Shown here in pieces: positions 56,976-64,000 of a stretch of 64,000 nt of DNA (positions are counted from its first letter, which is position 1; every line of letters begins with the position of its first letter). Source of the stretch: Candidatus Pacearchaeota archaeon (GTDB lineage Archaea; Nanobdellota; Nanobdellia; Pacearchaeales; GW2011-AR1); the NCBI GenBank assembly GCA_050124795.1, contig JASFEO010000001.1, positions 43,703-107,702 on the forward strand, given 5' to 3'. The translations under genes and the position numbers were made by a program. Below the pieces are notes generated by a model. That model was given only the letters and a program-made list of their open reading frames with translations. It was not told the DNA's origin and searched no databases.

Positions 56976-58400
56976 TTAAAGAGATTTTAATTTTCTATTA
57001 ATCTTTTTTATTTCTACAATTATTTCTCTCATCCTTTTTGTGGTAATTTTTCCATTTGATTTTGATTCAATATTTGTATATTCTCTACGGAGTTTTCTTT
57101 TTATTTTTAATAATCTGTCTCTTTCTTTTTGTTCCTGCTTCTTTTCCTCTTGCTTTTTGTATTCTATTTGCATTACCTTTTCTTTTTTTTCTTGTTCCTC
57201 TCTCTCTTTCTTTTTTGCCCTTTCATAATTTTCTTTTCTTCTCTTTTCTTGTTTCTTTCTTTCTTTTGATTGAGATTTTTCCCAGTTTTCACGCCATTCA
57301 TTTTGGTGCTTAAGGTCTTCTTCCTTTTCCCTCTCTGCTTTTTCTTTGTAAGCTTGTTTTTCTGCCCAGTCCCTTCTTTTTTTATTAAATTTCTCTTTTC
57401 CAAAATTCCAACCTTGCTTTGTTTTATCTTTAAACCATCTTGCCTGCTTTTTTTCTTTTTCCCAATCATATTTGCTTCCAACCAATTTTCCTGCGCCCTT
57501 AATCTTTGAGCCAATTCCTCTTCCTCTTGATTTTTTTATTATCCAAACTATCAAAATTATCCCAACCACTGCTGCAATAATTATTAATAAAATTGAACCC
57601 CCTCCTGAACCACGAGAGAAAATTAAAATAATAAATAAAATAAGTGCGATAATCCCGATTAAAGGAATAATTTTGTTCATCCAATCTTTCCCAGTTCCGG
57701 GAACATTTCCTCCCTGACTTTTCTTTCTCATGACGATCCAAACTATAATCGCGCCGATACAGACTGCTACAAAAATAATTATTCCTGTTGCAGATGAAAA
57801 CGGAATCAATAAAATAGCCCCAATCACAACCAAGATTAAAAATATTGTTAACAAAGTATTAGGAACCCTTAAAGAACTTCCCCCTCCGATTCCTTCTCCC
57901 TTGCCTTTTAATGCCCATGAAATCCCGATTAAAAATAAAACCAATCCCAGAATAATCCCCCACATTGTTGAATAAATTAAATCTGTAAAAGAAATCCCAA
58001 AAAGCGCAAGCCCCCCCAAAATCAAAAACCATGGACCAATTTTTATCATCATATAAATAAAAAACCCCAGAACAATTAATGGAATTATCGTCGCTGCTGA
58101 CCCGCTTGAATAACCAAGATAATCAAAAACATCGCCTGCATGAACCGACTCCATTGCCCCGCTTCTATTTATTAACCATGCAAATGAAAACGAAATAATA
58201 ATCGCAACAATTCCTGCTGCACTCATATTCGGCTTTCCCAAATCATCCTGGAATAACGGCAATTTAACTAGCACCTTTGAAAATAAAACAAAAAGCCCGA
58301 TTATAATCAAACTCAAAAAAATATTATTCGGTCCTAAAAACTCAATTAACTCTCCAAGCTGCTCCGCCCCTTCTTCTAAAAAATCACCTAATGAATACAT
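56976..58400 (-). CDS. Multi-pass membrane protein with charged coiled-coil tail
   Basis: About 9 TM segments then a K/E-rich tail; N-terminal half paralogous to 56074-56631. Confidence 0.75.
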   Translation of the reverse strand: MYSLGDFLEEGAEQLGELIEFLGPNNIFLSLIIIGLFVLFSKVLVKLPLFQDDLGKPNMSAAGIVAIIISFSFAWLINRSGAMESVHAGDVFDYLGYSSGSAATIIPLIVLGFFIYMMIKIGPWFLILGGLALFGISFTDLIYSTMWGIILGLVLFLIGISWALKGKGEGIGGGSSLRVPNTLLTIFLILVVIGAILLIPFSSATGIIIFVAVCIGAIIVWIVMRKKSQGGNVPGTGKDWMNKIIPLIGIIALILFIILIFSRGSGGGSILLIIIAAVVGIILIVWIIKKSRGRGIGSKIKGAGKLVGSKYDWEKEKKQARWFKDKTKQGWNFGKEKFNKKRRDWAEKQAYKEKAEREKEEDLKHQNEWRENWEKSQSKERKKQEKRRKENYERAKKKEREEQEKKEKVMQIEYKKQEEKKQEQKERDRLLKIKRKLRREYTNIESKSNGKITTKRMREIIVEIKKINRKLKSL

Positions 58401-58477
58401 GAGTAATTATATATTTACAGGATTATAAAGTTTTTTAAAACAAAAGATTTAAATAATATTAAATAAGATTATTTAAC

Positions 58478-58699
58478 ATGGTATTAAAGACATTTAATCT
58501 GGATGAAGAAGTTTACAAAAAGTTCTCTGAATTTTGCAGGGAGCACGGCATGAGCATGAGCAAACAAATAAATATTTTTATTTGCTCCCAGCTTGAAGAA
58601 AAACCAAAAATCCGGGAAGCATATCTAAAAAAACTCGATTCAATTCGCAAAGGAAAATTTATAAGAGTTGATAACTTTTCTAAAAAGTATGGTTTATGA
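58478..58699 (+). CDS. Ribbon-helix-helix antitoxin
   Basis: KTFNLDEEVYKKF..C...GMSMSK. Confidence 0.75.
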   Translation: MVLKTFNLDEEVYKKFSEFCREHGMSMSKQINIFICSQLEEKPKIREAYLKKLDSIRKGKFIRVDNFSKKYGL

Positions 58700-58958
58700 A
58701 TTGCAAATTTCTAAAGAGGCTGATAAAAAATTCAACAAGATAAGTAAAAAAAATAAAAAACTATTAGAAATTATTAATAAAAAAATTCAACAGATTTTAT
58801 TAAACCCTTATCATTTCAAACCACTTACAGGAAAAATGAAAAATATTTTTCGTGTTCATATTGATAAGAGTTTTGTTCTTACATATGAAGTTTTAGAAAT
58901 TAAAAAAATCGTGAGAATTTTGGATTTTGATCATCACGATAAAATTTATTTAAAATGA
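58689..58958 (+). CDS. RelE/YafQ-family toxin
   Basis: NPYHFKPL..RVHIDKSFVLTY..DHHDKIY; paralog of 43755. Confidence 0.82.
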   Translation: MVYELQISKEADKKFNKISKKNKKLLEIINKKIQQILLNPYHFKPLTGKMKNIFRVHIDKSFVLTYEVLEIKKIVRILDFDHHDKIYLK

Positions 58959-59740
58959 AACAAAGAGCATTTGATGTTTTAGGAAATATTGCAATTGTAA
59001 ATTTCTCGAAAGATGAAAAATTAATTAATAAAAAAAAGTTTGCAAATAAAATCTTAAAAGAGAATCCTGGAATAAAAACTATTTTGGAAAAAACAGGCAA
59101 AGTTCATGGAAGACTAAGAAAACCCTCGACAAAATTTTTATTAGGTGAGAAAACAAAAGAAGTTTTATATAAAGAAAATAACTGCGTCTTTAGATTCAAC
59201 GTCGATACAACTTATTTTTCTCCTCGTCTTTCAAATGAAAGAAAAGAAATAGCGCCATTAATAAAAAAAAATGAAGAAGTTTTGGTGATGTTCGCAGGAG
59301 TTGCGCCTTATTCAATTGTAATTGCGAAAAATTCAGATTGCAAAAAAGTTTATTCAAACGAAATAAATAGAATTGCAAATAAATATGCAAAATTAAATAT
59401 TGAAAAAAATAAATTAAAAGAAAAAATTGAACTTATTAACGGGGATATAAAAAGGATTGCAAAAAATAAAAAATTGAATAAAAAGTTTGATGTGATTGTC
59501 ATGCCGCGACCACAATTAAAAGATTCGTTTTTGCATGAAGCATTTAAATTAAGTAAAAAAGGAACACGGATTTATTATTATGATTTTTGCAAAATAGAGG
59601 ACAAAGAAAAAATTATTGAAAAAATAAAGAATGAGGCAAAAGAAAATAAAAAGAAAATTAAAATCTTGAAAATAAAAAAAGCAGGTGAAATTGCCCCTTA
59701 TAAAATTAGACTGAGAATTGATTTTAAATTGTTGAATTAA
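58955..59740 (+). CDS. Trm5/Taw2-family tRNA methyltransferase
   Basis: FDVLGNIA, YKEN, YFSPRLSNER, MFAGVAPY, EIN. Confidence 0.88.
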   Translation: MKQRAFDVLGNIAIVNFSKDEKLINKKKFANKILKENPGIKTILEKTGKVHGRLRKPSTKFLLGEKTKEVLYKENNCVFRFNVDTTYFSPRLSNERKEIAPLIKKNEEVLVMFAGVAPYSIVIAKNSDCKKVYSNEINRIANKYAKLNIEKNKLKEKIELINGDIKRIAKNKKLNKKFDVIVMPRPQLKDSFLHEAFKLSKKGTRIYYYDFCKIEDKEKIIEKIKNEAKENKKKIKILKIKKAGEIAPYKIRLRIDFKLLN

Positions 59741-60009
59741 ACCGAAGATTCAATAGAAACTTTTTTATTATTTACCCCGAGGTCATTAAAACTAAGTCTC
59801 TTTTTTCCATAGCTTAAACATAAATTATATTTTCTACCTTGAATCGTTGACTGCACTTCGTCTGTCTGAACTCTATAAGGGCATTTTTTATTGCAAAGCC
59901 CAAATTCTTTTGTTCTATTAGTTGCATGTTCACAAAATGGATTAATATATTCATCAAATGTATCGTCAATTATAGAATCTATAATCAAGTCAAAACTGGG
60001 GGTTTTCAT
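59737..60009 (-). CDS. Hypothetical Cys-containing protein
   Basis: 90-aa ORF with four Cys. Confidence 0.45.
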   Translation of the reverse strand: MKTPSFDLIIDSIIDDTFDEYINPFCEHATNRTKEFGLCNKKCPYRVQTDEVQSTIQGRKYNLCLSYGKKRLSFNDLGVNNKKVSIESSV

Positions 60010-60046
60010 TTTATTTTATCCTGAGGGGGTATTTATTTAAACTTTT

Positions 60047-60328
60047 CTATTTATTTTCATAATGCTCTTTTACTATTTCGTTGTCTAATTCGCCAAGAAT
60101 CATTTTCTTTATTTTTCTTGGAAAATATTTAACATCATGAAAAAATTTCATAGAATCTACCGGATTATTAATTTCTCTATTAGGATTGTCTGTATATCTT
60201 CTGTATTTTCTCGCAATTTTCATAGAAGGAGTTCCATCAGAATTAATACTCCTGGGGATTTTTTCATCTAACTTAACTTTTGCTTTTTTATCTTTAATTA
60301 ATTTGAAAATTTTTTTTATGAATTTCAT
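60047..60328 (-). CDS. Hypothetical protein
   Basis: 93-aa basic ORF. Confidence 0.45.
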   Translation of the reverse strand: MKFIKKIFKLIKDKKAKVKLDEKIPRSINSDGTPSMKIARKYRRYTDNPNREINNPVDSMKFFHDVKYFPRKIKKMILGELDNEIVKEHYENK

Positions 60329-60377
60329 TTGATCTTTAAAAGAAATGTTTTTAAGTTTAATTAGTTTTCTTTTTTAT

Positions 60378-61607
60378 ATGACAAAAAAAGAGTATGACGT
60401 CATTATTGTTGGTGCGGGAATTTCCGGATTGCGACTTGCTGAAAAGTTCAATAAATCAAAATTAAAAGTTTTATTGATCGAAAAGAAAGTTCAAATAAAA
60501 AAATTGAAAATAGGTTATTATGGGACATTTCATGAGTATGTTGATAAATTAGGGATTAGGAAATATGCCATAAATAAATCTGGATTTGGGATATATTCTA
60601 CAGAGTATAAATTTTATGAAGAATTAAAGGGGCATAAAGCATGCGTTATTGACCTCGCACCATGGGCAGCATCAAGAAAATTAAATTGCGAGATTAGGAC
60701 TGGGGCGGATATCATTAGCTTAAAGAGAGAAAATCAAGGCATAACTTTAGAGGATAATCATAAAAACAAATATTATGCAAAGATTGTTGTTGACTGCAGT
60801 GGATATGCTCAAGTTATATCAACGCTACTTGGGATAAAAAAGAGTTCATGTGATTTTCTTGACCACGTGTTTTTATTAGAAAAACCTGGATTAAAAGTAA
60901 ATCAATTTTTGTATTTTCAGGATTCAGATTTGACAAATATCGGTGGATGGTTTCACCCTCTTGGAAAAGGACGTTATCTAATTGGATGCAGTGAACTAAC
61001 CTCAAAACATTCTCTAACAAAAAAAGAATTAAGAAAAAGGCTTGTAAGATATATTGATAATTTTGATCCACTTTCTAAATACTTAAAAGGTGCAAAAATT
61101 ATTGAAGAATTTTCTGATACAGGTCCAACTACAGTTATTCACTCTTCGATTATAGGGGATAATTATATCGGAGTCGGGGATGCTGCGGGGGCAGGGACGC
61201 CTTTTATCGGAGATTGCGTAAGAGTCGCAATGGTAATGGCAGATAATGCTTATGAATCTATCCTGCAGGCATTTAAAAAAAATGATTTTTCAAGAAAAGC
61301 ATTTAAAAATTATGAAGATAAATTTAATGAAGAATTTGGCAAATGGTATAAGTGGTCTTACTTATTTAGATTTATTTTCAGAAGGTATCTTTCAAATAGA
61401 GAATTTAACCTTATGTGTAAGAGGCTTGAAAATTTTAGCCATGATGATTTCTATGATGTTCTTTTATCGAGAATAAGCCCAAGACTAATATGGAAACTCT
61501 TTAATTTTAAAATTGCTTTTTTCACGTTTCTAAATATAATTAATTATCATATCCTTAGTCCGATTGGGATAACAAAATCAAAGTACAGACCTTTAATCCT
61601 AAAATAA
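60378..61607 (+). CDS. FAD-dependent oxidoreductase, geranylgeranyl reductase/lycopene cyclase superfamily
   Basis: YDVIIVGAGISG, VVDCSG, VGDAAG...PF.G. Confidence 0.8.
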   Translation: MTKKEYDVIIVGAGISGLRLAEKFNKSKLKVLLIEKKVQIKKLKIGYYGTFHEYVDKLGIRKYAINKSGFGIYSTEYKFYEELKGHKACVIDLAPWAASRKLNCEIRTGADIISLKRENQGITLEDNHKNKYYAKIVVDCSGYAQVISTLLGIKKSSCDFLDHVFLLEKPGLKVNQFLYFQDSDLTNIGGWFHPLGKGRYLIGCSELTSKHSLTKKELRKRLVRYIDNFDPLSKYLKGAKIIEEFSDTGPTTVIHSSIIGDNYIGVGDAAGAGTPFIGDCVRVAMVMADNAYESILQAFKKNDFSRKAFKNYEDKFNEEFGKWYKWSYLFRFIFRRYLSNREFNLMCKRLENFSHDDFYDVLLSRISPRLIWKLFNFKIAFFTFLNIINYHILSPIGITKSKYRPLILK

Positions 61608-61609
61608 GA

Positions 61610-62416
61610 TTATTTAAATAATAATTTTTCTGATAAATATGGCACTACGAATGATGCTAAATTCCACAGAATTGCCACAATAAGTATTGTCAGTATAATA
61701 AGAAAGATTTGCCTTTCCAAGGAAACTTCGTGTTTTTCACTCGAAGGATGATGATATTTTTTTGTTTTATTAAAAACATAGGGGTAAAAGAAAAGCTGAA
61801 TTACTCCGATTGTACACCATATCGAAGGGAGGTCTTCAAAAATCATTAAGGCTTTCCCTATTGATGCTATCAAAAAATAGAATAATGCAGTCAAAAAAGT
61901 TATATTCAAAACTCCCCATGCATAATATTTCAAAACTGATTTTTCTTCTTCAGACCTTTTTCTATTGATGGAATCCATTGTGCAAACATTCCAGTAAACA
62001 AATAAACTTAGCCAAGCCATAGACCAGAGTCCATGATCATATCCTCTCACCCAAAATTTAAAATCGGCAAAACTCATTGGAGTGATAAAAATATATGTTC
62101 CTAGAATTATCAGGATTATGATTGCATAATTGGATCTGTATGAATAATCTGTAAGTTCTTCAAGGGATTTCATGAAAAAAATCATTCCTGTGAACGAGAT
62201 AATTAAACCTATTTTATAGATAAATTCATTTGCGAGCCAGATTGAAAAAAATTCACTTAACTGATGACCTGCTATTAATGCGGCTGCAATAAGTGCCATC
62301 TTAAAAAATCCGTTAAGATGTTTTGTTTTTGGTTTTACATAAATTTCCCAGTAACTTATAATTAACACAAAACTTAACATTGCAACAATCAGTGAAACTT
62401 CTTTACTATAGCACAT
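61610..62416 (-). CDS. 7-TM membrane protein (MCYS/HQ..E/S.WC, DUF5765-like)
   Basis: N-terminal MCYS, HQLSEF, PSIWC; multiple TM helices. Confidence 0.65.
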   Translation of the reverse strand: MCYSKEVSLIVAMLSFVLIISYWEIYVKPKTKHLNGFFKMALIAAALIAGHQLSEFFSIWLANEFIYKIGLIISFTGMIFFMKSLEELTDYSYRSNYAIIILIILGTYIFITPMSFADFKFWVRGYDHGLWSMAWLSLFVYWNVCTMDSINRKRSEEEKSVLKYYAWGVLNITFLTALFYFLIASIGKALMIFEDLPSIWCTIGVIQLFFYPYVFNKTKKYHHPSSEKHEVSLERQIFLIILTILIVAILWNLASFVVPYLSEKLLFK

Positions 62417-62417
62417 T

Positions 62418-63725
62418 TTACAATCCCTTCTCCTCTTTTACTGCTGTCGGAGCCTCACCACCATGCCACGTAAACCTTGGTCTTATTCTCATTGGATAAA
62501 TTCTCTCTGAATTGTCATCTAAAATAATTGCTGAACCTTTTAGCCTAGGTAAATCGTCCATATATTTTTTTATACTGTTTAATAAATAACTTTGCATAAT
62601 TTGATTCAGCGCAATTAAATCAGGTTCACTCGTCACCCTGTGTGCAATTACAATATCTGACTGAGTCATAACATCTCTGTGAATCTGTCCAGGTTGCTGA
62701 GTTGCAAGAACAACTGAAATCCCCGGCTGCCTGCCCTCTCTTAATAATTGAATTAACGCATCAGTTGCAATTGTCTTGTCATTAAGCGGCAAAAATTCAT
62801 GCGCCTCGTCAATAAAAAGCCACACAAGCGGGTTTTCCTTTTTTTCATAATTCGAAAAATCAAGTTTTTTTGAAATCGCTAAAGTCTCTTCTTTTTTTCT
62901 TGCCTCCATTCTCTGATTAAAAATTTTTCTTGAAACCAAACTAATAACTAATGCCCTTATATTAAATGCTCCGACAGAATTGTAAACACTTAAATCCAAA
63001 ACACTCGTCACCCCCGCAGTTATTAAATCTTTAATCTTTGTTGCTTCATCAGGGTTCTCTGCAAAAATCCCCCATGTCCTTGCAGCCTCGAAAAGCGCAA
63101 CAGCAGCATTCTTAACTTCCCTCGTGGTTTTCTCATCATCCTCTAATTTCTTAATTATATCAAGAATTCCAAAATTATTTTCCTCCTTTAGTTTTGTGAT
63201 TGTTCTCTCAATTAAAACAGAAACAGGATTTGTTATATCCAAGCCAAAAGTTATAAGCCAGTCTTCAGAATTAAGTTCAGTTGCACTTAAAGCGAATTTC
63301 TCGTCAGCGGGGATTCTTTTTTCCAAGTAATTATCAAAGTGCCCGTATGGAACAAAAATTTTTACATTCAGATTTTTTGGTTGCAAATTCCATTCTCCGA
63401 GGAGAATTTTATCTTTTTCATTTTTATATTTCATTGTCCAATAAATTCCCATGGTGTCAAAAATTAATGAAGAAATATTTTGAGATGTTTCTTTGGGCAA
63501 ATTAGAAAGTTCTTCAGCAATAACTCCTAATGTATAACTTTTTCCTGAACCCCGCTTCCCTCCGACGAGAATAACATGACTGCGCGCAACATCCATAAAA
63601 ATTTTGTTTGATAACGAAGTATACTGCCCCATTTTTACATAGCCTTTTCCAAGTAAAATTAATCCCCTGTTCCCGAATGCTTTTTTGTCAGACTCGTTTC
63701 TTCCGGTTATTATATCGTAAACCAT
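62418..63725 (-). CDS. HerA/DUF87-family ATPase
   Basis: GKRGSGKS, FDTMG, IDEAH, REGRQPG, ATQQP. Confidence 0.88.
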   Translation of the reverse strand: MVYDIITGRNESDKKAFGNRGLILLGKGYVKMGQYTSLSNKIFMDVARSHVILVGGKRGSGKSYTLGVIAEELSNLPKETSQNISSLIFDTMGIYWTMKYKNEKDKILLGEWNLQPKNLNVKIFVPYGHFDNYLEKRIPADEKFALSATELNSEDWLITFGLDITNPVSVLIERTITKLKEENNFGILDIIKKLEDDEKTTREVKNAAVALFEAARTWGIFAENPDEATKIKDLITAGVTSVLDLSVYNSVGAFNIRALVISLVSRKIFNQRMEARKKEETLAISKKLDFSNYEKKENPLVWLFIDEAHEFLPLNDKTIATDALIQLLREGRQPGISVVLATQQPGQIHRDVMTQSDIVIAHRVTSEPDLIALNQIMQSYLLNSIKKYMDDLPRLKGSAIILDDNSERIYPMRIRPRFTWHGGEAPTAVKEEKGL

Positions 63726-63947
63726 TTTTAATAACAAGTTTTTATTTTTGATAACTCTCTAATAGAAACATGGGTATATATTTCTTATTGTTTTTATAGC
63801 CCCCGCACCAAAGATAACTCTATTCTTGTGGTTAAGTAATTTCCCCTGGCGCTTTTCAACAGGGGCCCCGCAAACATGTTATGTTGAAAAAGTCTTCAGG
63901 GAAAAATAGATAATCCCTGAAAACATAGATATCATGAGGTGATATCT

Positions 63948-64000
63948 ATGAAAAAACAAGAAAAACTAACTAGAAAAATTAAACGGTTTTTGAAAAGAAT
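63948..64000 (+). CDS. 5' fragment of a gene cut off by the window edge (possibly an IS transposase)
   Basis: GAGGTGA RBS then MKKQEKLTRKIKRFLKR; only 17 codons visible. Confidence 0.45.
   Translation, partial: MKKQEKLTRKIKRFLKR

Noticed and set aside
62418-63725. HerA as part of a Sir2-HerA-type defence system or a nurA-herA operon
   Set aside because: No partner nuclease or Sir2 gene is adjacent

Overview
AT-rich archaeal chromosome segment that reads cleanly in the standard code. It is most consistent with a DPANN archaeon (Pacearchaeota/Woesearchaeota-like, an inference from gene content). Housekeeping genes: gatB, argS, class I lysS, mre11, rad50, pyrF, recQ, 2-oxoacid:ferredoxin oxidoreductase alpha/beta, a HemK-type methyltransferase, RNase J, the RNase P protein Pop5, dtdA, fen1, a trm5-like gene and a HerA-like ATPase. 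RNA genes: tRNA-Leu(UAA) and a 262-nt SRP RNA that keeps an Alu domain but appears to lack helix 6. Accessory content: about 10 toxin-antitoxin-like pairs, a block of Cys-rich/PKD surface proteins, two class III signal-peptide pilin-like genes, ComEA and SNase-LTD, an intact-looking GGDEF cyclase, a short histone and many ORFans. The most unusual non-coding signals are (1) a promoter-preceded ~100-nt hairpin RNA candidate upstream of tRNA-Leu that shares pieces with that tRNA, (2) a pair of inverted ~47-bp elements with a compensatory base change bracketing the korA-GNAT-TA-korB block, (3) a 129-bp MITE-like element and (4) a duplicated four-operator promoter before a HEPN-like/MNT pair. All family calls come from motif recognition by eye. 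No database searches or folding programs were run. Several CDS starts were moved from the ORF track to the more plausible ATG.
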